Assembly (NCBI GenBank): GCA_035395685.1
Contig: DAOPBR010000007.1
Coordinates: forward strand, 918 to 64,917
From: Spirochaetota bacterium
GTDB lineage: Bacteria > Spirochaetota > UBA4802 > JAFGJZ01
Direction: 5' to 3'
DNA: 64,000 nucleotides
Shown here in pieces: positions 8,071 to 17,971 of this stretch. The translations under genes were made by a program, and so were the position numbers. Each line of letters opens with the position of its first letter. Within the stretch, counting starts at the first letter, position 1. A model generated the notes under the pieces. It was given only the letters and a program-made list of their open reading frames with translations, did no database searches and had not been told where the DNA came from.

Positions 8071-9439
8071 AAAAAATTTTATCGACAGGGAAAAACTTTA
8101 CGCCCTTTCGGAAGTAAAATATACAGATTCAGAAATCGACTCTATTTTAAACAAGGCTCTAAAACTCAAGGGAATTTCAGTCGAAGAAGCAGGCAAGCTT
8201 ATCAATGTAACTGACAGCAGCAACATGACTAAAATCATGAGCGCCGCCGGCAAAGTCAAGGAACTCATCTATGGAAGACGACTCGTTCTCTTCGCTCCTC
8301 TTTATGTAGGAAACAAATGTTCAAACAACTGTCTTTACTGTGCATTCAGAAAAGATAATAAAGATATCAAGCGGATTGTTCTTTCTGAAAGTGAAATAAT
8401 AAAAGAAACTGAACTTCTTCTGAAGGAAGGACACAAACGCGTTCTTCTAATCGGAGGTGAAGCCGGAGAAACCCGGCCTGGCTATTACATCGATGCCATG
8501 CGTGCGATTTATTCCGCAAAATATGACAAACATACCGTACGCCGCGTTAATGTTGAAATCGCACCGATGGAAGTCGCTGAATTCGAAAAATTTGCAAAAG
8601 AAAAGATCGGAACTTATATCTGCTTCCAGGAAACATATGATGAAGTCGTTTACAAGGAAGTTCATCCTTCAGGCAAAAAGAAAGATTTCAACTGGCGTCT
8701 TTACGTCATGGACCGCGCGCTTCAGGGCGGGCTTAACGATGTTGGAATCGGTGCACTATTCGGTCTCGCGGATTACCGTTTTGAAACCCTTGCCCTTCTC
8801 ACTCATGCGAATCATCTCGATGAAACATTCGGAGTCGGCCCTCATACCGTAAGCGTTCCGAGAATAGAACCTGCAACAAATGCTCCTCTCTCTTATCAGG
8901 TTCCTCATCCTGTAAGTGATGAAAATTTCAAGAAAATTGTAGCTGTCATACGGCTCGCGCTTCCTTATACGGGAATCATTTTAAGCACACGTGAAAACGA
9001 AACTATCCGCAAGGATCTATTTCATTACGGTATCAGTCAGATAAGTGCCGGAAGCAGGACTAACCCTGGCGGTTATTCCGACAACAGTTCGGAAGCACAG
9101 TTCTCTCTCGGAGATCACCGCTCGCTTGATGAAGTCATTTCATCATTAATCGATGACGGTTACATTCCTTCATTCTGCACGGGATGCTACAGAAAAGGAC
9201 GCGTCGGAAAAGATTTTATGGATATCGCAAAACCGGGACTCATCCACAAATTCTGTATGCCGAACGGTCTTTTTACTTTCAAGGAATATCTTGAGGATTT
9301 TGCTTCAGAAGAGACTAAAACAAAAGGAGAAAAACTTTTAACTAAACTCATCTACGAAATTGAAGATGCCAAGGTAAAGGCGAAATCCGAATCAGTCATA
9401 TCACAAATATCAAACGGCGAGAGGGATATTTATCTTTGA
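8048..9439 (+). CDS. hydG: [FeFe]-hydrogenase maturase HydG (radical SAM tyrosine lyase)
   Basis: CSNNCLYC radical-SAM motif plus a C-terminal Cys cluster (FCTGCYRKGR). 463 aa. Confidence 0.9.
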   Translation: MKMTQSAEKNFIDREKLYALSEVKYTDSEIDSILNKALKLKGISVEEAGKLINVTDSSNMTKIMSAAGKVKELIYGRRLVLFAPLYVGNKCSNNCLYCAFRKDNKDIKRIVLSESEIIKETELLLKEGHKRVLLIGGEAGETRPGYYIDAMRAIYSAKYDKHTVRRVNVEIAPMEVAEFEKFAKEKIGTYICFQETYDEVVYKEVHPSGKKKDFNWRLYVMDRALQGGLNDVGIGALFGLADYRFETLALLTHANHLDETFGVGPHTVSVPRIEPATNAPLSYQVPHPVSDENFKKIVAVIRLALPYTGIILSTRENETIRKDLFHYGISQISAGSRTNPGGYSDNSSEAQFSLGDHRSLDEVISSLIDDGYIPSFCTGCYRKGRVGKDFMDIAKPGLIHKFCMPNGLFTFKEYLEDFASEETKTKGEKLLTKLIYEIEDAKVKAKSESVISQISNGERDIYL

Positions 9440-10443
9440 TTAACAATGATAAAAATTACAGAAAACTTTTTCTGGAAGATAAAGAGAGTCTGATAAAAGA
9501 AGCGGATAACATCTGCCGCAGTATTCACGGTAACCGCGTGTATGTGCGGGGACTTATTGAGTTCTCAAATCACTGCTCGATGAACTGTGATTATTGCGGA
9601 ATACGCCGCGGTAATTCAAATGTTCACCGTTACCGGATGCTGCCCGAAGAGATTATTGAAACTGCCGTGAACGCTTTCAAGCGCGGAATAAAGACATTTG
9701 TCCTTCAGGGCGGAGAAGACTCTTCTTTTAACGATGATGTTCTCTGCAAGATAATCAGCTCTATCAAAAATCAGACCAGCGGTGAAGCGGCTCTCACTCT
9801 TTCAGTCGGAATCAGACCGCGAGAAAGCTATAAGAAACTCAAAGATGCCGGAGCCGATAGATACCTGATACGCTTTGAAACCTCCGACGAAATCATATAC
9901 GCAAATCTTAAGTCAGGTCAGAAACTCGAAACAAGACTTAACGCGATCCGCACTATAAAAGAACTAGGCTATGAAACAGGTTCGGGATTCATGGTAAACC
10001 TTCCCGGCGAAACGGATGAAACAGTAATCAGAAACTGCGAGCTCTGCCGCGAGCTCGCTCTTGATATGGTTGGAATCGGCCCGTTCATTCCGCATCCTGA
10101 AACTCCTCTTGCACAGGCTGATAAAAAAGGAATCGAGACTGCGGTAAAAGCAGTGGCACTGACGCGCATTCTTCTGCCATACGCGCATATTCCGGCAACA
10201 ACGGCAGCAGCTACAATCGAACCTATGGGACGCGAAATGATGTTTTCAGCGGGCGCAAATGTCGTGATGCCGAACATAACTCCTGAAAAATATAAAAAGG
10301 ATTATCTTTTATATCCTGACAAGATATGCCTTGATGAAGATTACATCAAATGCCTAGGGTGTCTTTCTGGACGTGCTGAATATGCCGGAAAAACAATCGA
10401 CATGTCAATTGCAAGCGCATTGACTAAAACGGATAATCATTGA
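9436..10443 (+). CDS. hydE: [FeFe]-hydrogenase maturase HydE (radical SAM, BioB-like)
   Basis: CSMNCDYC motif, 335 aa. Start overlaps the hydG stop. Confidence 0.9.
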   Translation: MINNDKNYRKLFLEDKESLIKEADNICRSIHGNRVYVRGLIEFSNHCSMNCDYCGIRRGNSNVHRYRMLPEEIIETAVNAFKRGIKTFVLQGGEDSSFNDDVLCKIISSIKNQTSGEAALTLSVGIRPRESYKKLKDAGADRYLIRFETSDEIIYANLKSGQKLETRLNAIRTIKELGYETGSGFMVNLPGETDETVIRNCELCRELALDMVGIGPFIPHPETPLAQADKKGIETAVKAVALTRILLPYAHIPATTAAATIEPMGREMMFSAGANVVMPNITPEKYKKDYLLYPDKICLDEDYIKCLGCLSGRAEYAGKTIDMSIASALTKTDNH

Positions 10444-11777
10444 TGAAGTACTACTCGCATGAAACGGAAAAAGCGGCGGCTAATTTCGGTATCGGTTTAA
10501 CTGATCCGGTTTTAATCAAGTCATATGCTAAGGTCAAACATGCCTCGCTTTCAGCCGTGCAAAAATGCGAAAAAAGATTTTCGGCTGATGAATTTTCTTC
10601 ACTAACTGAAGCTATACTGGAAATTGAATCTGGAATGATGGATGATTCATTTATTCTTGCGCTCGAACAAGGCGGCGCCGGGACAAGCATCAACATGAAC
10701 ATCAACGAAGTCATCGCTTCCCGCGCATCAGAAATTCTTCTGCAAAAATATAATACCGAAAAAACATTTCATTACATCGACGACATCAACAGATTCCAGT
10801 CAACAAACGACACCTTCCCTACAGCAGTAACGATTGCCGTCCTCGAAAAACTTACGAACATGGAAAGCAAAGTAATTTCATTTCAGCATGCGCTTAAAGA
10901 TTTTGAAAACAAGTATCATGACGTATTATTGACCGGAAGAACAGAACTCCAAAATGCGCTTCCTGTATTTCTTTCTCAAATCACTGCTTCGTGGACGGGA
11001 CCGATCGAACGCGACAGATGGAGAATACACAAGCTGAAAGAACGCTTGCGGACTGTTCCGCTCGGCGGAACCGCAATCGGCACGAGTTTTCCTGCGACCC
11101 GTGATTATATCTTTGAAGCAGAAAAATATCTGCGCGAATATACAGGACTCAATCTTTCAAGAAGCCAGAACTTTTCAGATGACATATCAAATCATGATAA
11201 ATTCGCCGAGTGCGCTTCCGTTATTAAAATTACCGCACAGAATGTTTACAGAATTTGCACAGATATATCGCTTTATACATCATCATTATGCGGTGAGATG
11301 ATTCATCCCGAACTTCAGTTCGGTTCGACTATAATGGCTGCGAAAACAAATCCCGTAATCTGCGAATACGCATCCGGACTTGCGATAGATATTGAATTTG
11401 AATGCGACAAAGTTTCACGCTATTCAGAGCTTTCGGTTTTTCAGCTGAATGCATATCTGCCTTTCATTTATTCATCGCTTTCTAATGCTTTTGAAAAATC
11501 ATCGAATGCTCTAACAGCACTCTCAGAAAAACTTCTTCCGAAACTCGAGATCAACAGAGAAAGAACCGGAGAAAACCTTTATTCGTCGGGAATAATGCTG
11601 AACCTCTTTCTTCCGTACACGGGATATGACAGAATAAAAGAACTCTATCATAAAGCAAAAAAAGCAAAGATAATAAATAGAGATTCTCTCATCGATTTTC
11701 TAAAAAAAGAAGGTATTGATGAAACAATAATAAATGAAGCTCTGAATCCGAATAATTTTACAACTGCCAGGAAATAA
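10440..11777 (+). CDS. Aspartate ammonia-lyase/fumarase-family protein embedded in hyd maturation cluster
   Basis: Class-I lyase fold. The signature loop is GSTIMAAKTNP, versus canonical GSSIMPGKVNP. Overlaps hydE (ATGA overlap). Confidence 0.75.
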   Translation: MMKYYSHETEKAAANFGIGLTDPVLIKSYAKVKHASLSAVQKCEKRFSADEFSSLTEAILEIESGMMDDSFILALEQGGAGTSINMNINEVIASRASEILLQKYNTEKTFHYIDDINRFQSTNDTFPTAVTIAVLEKLTNMESKVISFQHALKDFENKYHDVLLTGRTELQNALPVFLSQITASWTGPIERDRWRIHKLKERLRTVPLGGTAIGTSFPATRDYIFEAEKYLREYTGLNLSRSQNFSDDISNHDKFAECASVIKITAQNVYRICTDISLYTSSLCGEMIHPELQFGSTIMAAKTNPVICEYASGLAIDIEFECDKVSRYSELSVFQLNAYLPFIYSSLSNAFEKSSNALTALSEKLLPKLEINRERTGENLYSSGIMLNLFLPYTGYDRIKELYHKAKKAKIINRDSLIDFLKKEGIDETIINEALNPNNFTTARK

Positions 11778-11780
11778 TAA

Positions 11781-12998
11781 ATGAACACACCTTCATCGGA
11801 ACTTGTAAAAATTGTCATCGCCGGAATTGTGAATGCCGGAAAATCATCGCTCATAAACAGCATCTTTGAACGCGAAATTTCAATCGTAGCCCCGGTTGAA
11901 GGAACTACAACAGACGCCGTAACAAAACGCATAGAGCTCGCCGAAGCTGGCCCAGTAACAATAGTGGATACTGCAGGTCTTGATGATAAAACCGAGTTAG
12001 GATCTCTCCGCATAAAGAAAACACTTCATGAAATCGAAACTGGCGACATCATCATACTCGCGACTCCTCTGAATAAAGCCCCTACAACAACTGAAGATGA
12101 AATTTTATTAAATGCCGAAAGACAAAACAAACAAGTAATAATATGCGCAACATTCTCTGACTTAACTCATAATGAATCAAAAATAAAATGGCTTTCCGGA
12201 AAAAATCACATTAAAACAGATAATAAAGATAATTCTACAGCAGCCGGGATTAGAAAGAAACTAATCACTGCCGCCCAGAAAGCGGAAAAAGAAATAACAC
12301 CGCTCGAAGGAATTGTCCGTGAAAATGACCATATACTTCTTGCCGTTCCGCTGGATCTAGCAGCTCCTAAAGGCAGACTCATTCTTCCTCAGGTTGAAAC
12401 TATTCGCGATGCGCTTGACAGGGACTGTACAGTCAGCATCGCAAAAGACCGCGAACTCAGACAGATGTACGAGAATCTTGTCAACAAACCCGATCTCGTA
12501 ATAACTGACAGCCAGACTTTCAGCAAAACTGCGGCAGATATTGATGCAAATCAAAAACTGACTTCATTTTCAATTCTATTTGCAAGAAAAAAAGGAGATC
12601 TTTCTCAATACCTGAAAGGCTTAGCAGCAATAACAAAAATTCAACCCAACTCAAAAGTAATGATCGTTGAATCATGTTCGCATCATAAACAACCGGATGA
12701 TATCGGCACGGTGAAAATTCCCCGGCTTTTCAGACAAATGATACAGTCCGACACCGAATTCATATTTACTCACGGACTTAAGGAATCTGATGATTACACG
12801 GGGATTACGGCTGCAATAATCTGCGGAGGATGCATGCAGACAAGAAGACAGATGCTTTCGCATCTCAGACGTCTTGAAGAAAATAACATACCAGTTACAA
12901 ACTACGGCATTTTTCTTGCATATGTAAACGGACTTCTTCCGAGAGCAATCGAAGTTTTTTCTGATGAATACGAACTATATATGGAAACTATGAAATAA
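11781..12998 (+). CDS. hydF: [FeFe]-hydrogenase maturation GTPase HydF
   Basis: GIVNAGKSSLINS P-loop. C-terminal CxH…HxxC-type ligand region (ESCSHHKQ … CGGC). Confidence 0.9.
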   Translation: MNTPSSELVKIVIAGIVNAGKSSLINSIFEREISIVAPVEGTTTDAVTKRIELAEAGPVTIVDTAGLDDKTELGSLRIKKTLHEIETGDIIILATPLNKAPTTTEDEILLNAERQNKQVIICATFSDLTHNESKIKWLSGKNHIKTDNKDNSTAAGIRKKLITAAQKAEKEITPLEGIVRENDHILLAVPLDLAAPKGRLILPQVETIRDALDRDCTVSIAKDRELRQMYENLVNKPDLVITDSQTFSKTAADIDANQKLTSFSILFARKKGDLSQYLKGLAAITKIQPNSKVMIVESCSHHKQPDDIGTVKIPRLFRQMIQSDTEFIFTHGLKESDDYTGITAAIICGGCMQTRRQMLSHLRRLEENNIPVTNYGIFLAYVNGLLPRAIEVFSDEYELYMETMK

Positions 12999-15089
12999 TT
13001 ATAATTCAAACCTGATGATATAACCGAAACCGTTGTCTTGAATAACTTCAAGACTGCCGCGTATCTGTTCAGTAAGACTCTTTATCAGCTTCATGCCGAG
13101 TGTCGAGGTTGAATCAAAAACAACATCACCCGGAATACCTTTTCCGTTATCCCGAATCATTACAGTAATTTCTTTGCCGTTTCTTTTCATTGAAATATCT
13201 ATTTTACCCTTAGAATCAGGTTCAAACGCATGCTTGACGGAGTTTTGAAGAATTTCATTTATTAGAAGCGATAAAGGCACAGCCTTATCTATCGATGCAA
13301 CAATAGGATCAGCATCAACCGAAAATTCTATCATTGATGAATCCGCGACTCCGGATCTGGATATTTCAAATACCAGAGATTTTATATATTCGTCATATTT
13401 TATTTCAGCGAGAGAATCCTCTCTGTAAAGTTTTTCATGAACAAGAGCCATTGTAAAAATTCTATTGATGCTCGAAGATAAAACCTCTTTTGTAAATGCG
13501 TCAGGACAAAGACGCATTTTATGATTAAGAAGACTGATTATTATCTGAAAATTATTTTTTACCCGATGATGAATTTCTTTAAGATATGTTTCTTTTTCAT
13601 TGAGCGTTTGCCGGATATTTTCTTCCATGCGTTTTTTTATTATTATATCAAGCATTCCAGAAATAAAAAGATGAAACTGTCTTGAATCCGTCGAATCATA
13701 TTCATGTTTCTTGTTACAGACTATCGCCTTACCGTATATATGATCACCTGATATCAATGAAACGGTCATTGCCCGGTCTATCTTTATCTTCCGGTCAGGA
13801 ATCTCAAGTTCGGTTTTTGCCCTGTTATTGATACTGATTCCGAATGTCGGATCACCAAAAATCTTTTCCGTAGATATGCGCAGATTATTAAACTGATCCG
13901 CATCAAGCTGAAAACAAACTCCGTTTCTGGTACAGATTTTATCGTGCCCTTCAAATTCCTTCTCGTCAAAAAATATCATTCCTATTTCGCTTCCGGTCAA
14001 AGAAAGAATTTCATTCATCGAAGCAGAAATTATTTCATCATAACCGTTAAAATGCTTCATACTGAGATTATACAGAGAATTTAATCTGTCTTCATTCAAC
14101 CGCAAAAGGCGTTCTGATTTTTCCGAAATACTCGCATCGTGAACAATAAAATATATCTGCGTTTTTCCTTCATTATCAAAAGGTATGGGATAAATTTCAA
14201 CCGCACATAAAGACCCATCATATTTTCTGTGTCTTGCAGTATAATAACTGCACTCCCCTTGAATTATTGACTTAAGACGTTTTGCAATTATTTCGAGATC
14301 ATCTGATTCAATATCAGATATGTAACGCGAATCTTTTCTAAAAAGAAGGGAGCCGTAAAACTCCATTGCCGATTTGTTGTTTTCGATAATTTCACCGCTT
14401 TCATAATCGAGCAGAAATTTTACCGCGTTTCCTGATTCAAATATTTTTCTGTATTTATCTTCACTCTTTTCAACCTTTTCACGCATCTTTTGATAATAAA
14501 TGATCATCATACCCAATGCTATAAACAAATTCAAAAGACCGATTATTCCGTATTTTACAGAAAGTAAATTGATAGAATCACCGAAAATCATAAAATCTGA
14601 CTTGATTACAGCCAGAATTAAAAACGATACGCCAACTATATAGCGAGCCGGCGATGACTCATCCATGTATGAGATATACATTATCCCGATTCCTGCATAT
14701 ACTGCTGAAAGAAAAATAAAACCAGGAGAAGGAACGGATGAAGAATGGTTGGAAAATAAAAATGTAGAAACAATCATCCAAAGAATTATTATAAAAACCA
14801 TGAGCCTTGCTGCTCTTGGCAGACTGCATTTAAGGAAGGAAAGAACACCTTCTGCAAGAAAATATGCGCTTAAAATAAGAAAAACCGATTCAAGTGATCC
14901 TAAAATACTTAATCCGAATCCCCACAAATTTAAAGCAGCAAATACTAGATTTACAAGATATAAGAACCATGATATTACCCAGAATTTAAGATAATCCTGT
15001 CTGTCTGAAAAATAGACATAAAGATAGAGACAGAATACCGCAAAGGTATTCACTGCAGTGAAAGTAAGGGATTGCATTAATAAATTCAT
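12999..15089 (-). CDS. Sensor histidine kinase: polytopic membrane N-terminus, PAS/GAF-like region, HisKA_2 (HWE-type) + HATPase_c
   Basis: Multiple N-terminal hydrophobic helices; H-box HRVKNNFQII; C-terminal ATPase G-boxes. Confidence 0.75.
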   Translation of the reverse strand: MNLLMQSLTFTAVNTFAVFCLYLYVYFSDRQDYLKFWVISWFLYLVNLVFAALNLWGFGLSILGSLESVFLILSAYFLAEGVLSFLKCSLPRAARLMVFIIILWMIVSTFLFSNHSSSVPSPGFIFLSAVYAGIGIMYISYMDESSPARYIVGVSFLILAVIKSDFMIFGDSINLLSVKYGIIGLLNLFIALGMMIIYYQKMREKVEKSEDKYRKIFESGNAVKFLLDYESGEIIENNKSAMEFYGSLLFRKDSRYISDIESDDLEIIAKRLKSIIQGECSYYTARHRKYDGSLCAVEIYPIPFDNEGKTQIYFIVHDASISEKSERLLRLNEDRLNSLYNLSMKHFNGYDEIISASMNEILSLTGSEIGMIFFDEKEFEGHDKICTRNGVCFQLDADQFNNLRISTEKIFGDPTFGISINNRAKTELEIPDRKIKIDRAMTVSLISGDHIYGKAIVCNKKHEYDSTDSRQFHLFISGMLDIIIKKRMEENIRQTLNEKETYLKEIHHRVKNNFQIIISLLNHKMRLCPDAFTKEVLSSSINRIFTMALVHEKLYREDSLAEIKYDEYIKSLVFEISRSGVADSSMIEFSVDADPIVASIDKAVPLSLLINEILQNSVKHAFEPDSKGKIDISMKRNGKEITVMIRDNGKGIPGDVVFDSTSTLGMKLIKSLTEQIRGSLEVIQDNGFGYIIRFEL

Positions 15090-15183
15090 ATTCTATCCTG
15101 TATTTAAAACAGAAAAAATAGGCAATGAGCCTGTAGGTAAATTATACACGCTTAATTTAATAATGCAAGAATCATTTTGATGC

Positions 15184-16404
15184 TTAGAGAGTATTCCGAA
15201 TCATCGCTTCAACGATAACAGAAGCATCATCGAAATATAAGCCTGTTGATGCGGAATTCTTTTCAGAAAAAGAATCAACGGTTTTAAATTTTTCTGATCC
15301 CGAAATTCCTTTAGAAGAATAAATAAGGAAAGGCACCGGTTCAGGAGTATGAGTCCTGACTTTAAGGGGGGTTGAATGATCCGGCATTATGATAATTGAA
15401 TAATCAGTAAACTCTGAAGATAAAGCTTCATAAACAGGACCAACTATCAATGAATCGATGTCCTGAATTGATTTAAGTTTGTGCTCAGAGTTTCCTTCAT
15501 GACCTGATTCATCAGGTGATTCCAGATGAATAAAAGCTATATCGCTGCCGCTTCTTAGAGCTTCAAGAGCCGCATCAGCTTTTCCTTTATAATTAGTATC
15601 AATATATCCTGTTGCGCCTTCGACCTTAACCGGATCAAGACCGACTGCCCTTCCTATTCCATTGATAAGATCAACTGCAGAAATAGTCACGCCCTTAAGA
15701 GAAAATCTGTCCGAATATTTTGTTAAAGCGGGTTTTCTTCCGCCGCCCCATATCCAGAAAGAAACAGGATCACCCTTATATTTCTTCATAGCTTCTTTAA
15801 CAACAGAAGAAGCAATAACCGATTCGGATTTCTTCATCAAAGAAAGTATTTCCTCCGAACCGCTTCCGGACGGAAGAAATGAAGAAATATCTTTTCCCTG
15901 AATATCATGAGGAGGAGTCGCTGTTGTAATATCCTTGTATGGATAATTTCTCCAAATGAAAATATTCCGGTAAGATACACCTGTATAAAATTCAAAATCA
16001 GAATTACAGTTTTGGCGGTTAAATTCATCAATAATAACAGAAGAAAGGGCGGTATCAATATGATCAGCGCAAAAATCCTTCATACAGCCGTTTTCAAGCG
16101 TAAGTATATTACATCTGAAAGCTGCGTCTTTTTCACCAAGTTCAAGACCCAGATTGATAGCCTCAAGAGGCGCTCTCCCTGTAAAAAATTTTCGCGGATT
16201 ATATCCGAATATTGAAAGATTCGCAATATCACTTCCGGGAGTCATACCGTCGGGAACAGTTTTAGCGAGTCCGCTCGAACCCATAGCTGCAAGCTTGTCC
16301 ATATTTGGAGTTGCAGCGTATTCAAGAACAGTTTTTCCGCCGAATTCTTCCATCGGAAAATCACTCATTCCATCGCATATTATTACAACATATTTGGAAG
16401 ACAT
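15184..16404 (-). CDS. apgM: Cofactor-independent phosphoglycerate mutase, archaeal type (ApgM; alkaline-phosphatase superfamily)
   Basis: VVIICDGMSD … ATPNMD … PDGMTPGSD pattern of the ApgM/metalloenzyme family. 406 aa. Confidence 0.75.
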   Translation of the reverse strand: MSSKYVVIICDGMSDFPMEEFGGKTVLEYAATPNMDKLAAMGSSGLAKTVPDGMTPGSDIANLSIFGYNPRKFFTGRAPLEAINLGLELGEKDAAFRCNILTLENGCMKDFCADHIDTALSSVIIDEFNRQNCNSDFEFYTGVSYRNIFIWRNYPYKDITTATPPHDIQGKDISSFLPSGSGSEEILSLMKKSESVIASSVVKEAMKKYKGDPVSFWIWGGGRKPALTKYSDRFSLKGVTISAVDLINGIGRAVGLDPVKVEGATGYIDTNYKGKADAALEALRSGSDIAFIHLESPDESGHEGNSEHKLKSIQDIDSLIVGPVYEALSSEFTDYSIIIMPDHSTPLKVRTHTPEPVPFLIYSSKGISGSEKFKTVDSFSEKNSASTGLYFDDASVIVEAMIRNTL

Positions 16405-16709
16405 TACTTAACTTTTCTCTTTGCCATAAATACGTAATGACGGATATATGGCTGAAGTCCTTCGTGATAATGAGATAAATCAATGTTTTGGTGATGCTTT
16501 ATAATGCCGTCAACTTCCGATTTTGTAAAATCCTCATCGGAAGAATCTATTAATATTTTAAAGCGCTTAACGACTTCTTTATCAACAGCGTCGTGGGTGA
16601 GCTTATTCATCACAGAATAAAGCTTTAGAAGATTTGTTTTCTTCTTTATTCTGTTTTTTTTCATGGTCTTTTTTACAGTAGTAGTTGTCGACATTGCTCC
16701 TAGCTCCAT
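16404..16709 (-). CDS. Hypothetical basic protein
   Basis: ORF only. Lys-rich N-terminus. Same strand as, and downstream of, tRNA-Phe. Confidence 0.3.
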   Translation of the reverse strand: MELGAMSTTTTVKKTMKKNRIKKKTNLLKLYSVMNKLTHDAVDKEVVKRFKILIDSSDEDFTKSEVDGIIKHHQNIDLSHYHEGLQPYIRHYVFMAKRKVK

Positions 16710-16868
16710 TCTTAACAGATATAAAATATGACGCTCAAGTGTCCATCAATTTTATTACACAAAAGTTAAAGAACATAAAAAATTATTATTGCATTGAATA
16801 AAAAAAGCAATTAAATAATGAATGATTTTGAGGAGGAAAAGGAAAGGCTGCATGCATTTTGGAGCTAT

Positions 16869-16941
<73 letters not shown>

Positions 16942-17018
16942 GCTCCAATACATGAACGATTACTTTTATAAATTAGAGGCGTTTTCTGTCAACAAAATTT
17001 ATAACATTTTTAATTCTT

Positions 17019-17909
17019 GTGTCAGTTTTTTGCAGATCTTTTTATGCTGAAGAAGATTTTCTTTATTATGAAAGACGCGGAATAATTCAATACAACGAAA
17101 AAATGTATTCTTTCTCGGAAGAATCACTTCAAATGGCCCTGCGGATTAATCCGTCAGCATATATGTCGTTAAATTACCTGGCATTCATAAGTCTTGCAAA
17201 AGAAAACAGGCGGGGAGCAAAAAAACTTTTCAATGATTCCCTCAACATCAATCCGAATCAGTACGAAATACTTAATGCAGTTGCCGATATCGAAGATTAC
17301 TATGGAAACAATTCAATTGCTGAAAAACTTTACTTAAAATCCCTTGAAATACATAATGACAATACAAGGGCTCTGCTCGGCATGGCCAGACTGCTCTATT
17401 TATCTAAAAGAATGGACGAAGCTGCATACTATTTCGATAAAGCAAAAAATAATAATATTACAATAAGCGACTCCTCCCTTAATGAAGCAAGAAATCTACG
17501 TGCTAAAAACAAAATTGAAGACGCAATTGAAATTCTAAAACGCGGAATATCTGCCAACCCGGCCGATGAAAGACTATACTTTGAATTAGATTCAATTCTT
17601 AGATCAAAAAATGACAACCGGACATCACTAAAATATTTGCGTCAAATGACTTACCTAAATCCATGTAATGATAAGGCATATTTTCATATCGCGAACCTCT
17701 TTCTCTCAGGCGGAATACATTCAAAAAGAAACCTTGAACTAGATCTTGGAATCAATGCCGTAAAAAAAGCCATTGAATTAAACAAAAATGAAGAGGAATA
17801 CTGCTTGCTGCTCATAAGTTTCTATAAATTAAAAAAAGATACGATAAACTTTAATAAAGCAGTAGAGAACTGCAACAAAACAATGAAAATAAGTACTGAT
17901 AATAATTAA
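17019..17909 (+). CDS. TPR-repeat protein
   Basis: Repeated TPR-like helices (AYYFDKAKNNN…, ALLGMARLLYL…). GTG start in the ORF track. Confidence 0.55.
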   Translation: MSVFCRSFYAEEDFLYYERRGIIQYNEKMYSFSEESLQMALRINPSAYMSLNYLAFISLAKENRRGAKKLFNDSLNINPNQYEILNAVADIEDYYGNNSIAEKLYLKSLEIHNDNTRALLGMARLLYLSKRMDEAAYYFDKAKNNNITISDSSLNEARNLRAKNKIEDAIEILKRGISANPADERLYFELDSILRSKNDNRTSLKYLRQMTYLNPCNDKAYFHIANLFLSGGIHSKRNLELDLGINAVKKAIELNKNEEEYCLLLISFYKLKKDTINFNKAVENCNKTMKISTDNN

Positions 17910-17971
17910 GTTTTCTGCTTGAAAATAATGGATATTACTGTACTCTGAAACGACACAAGGTAAATTAAAAC

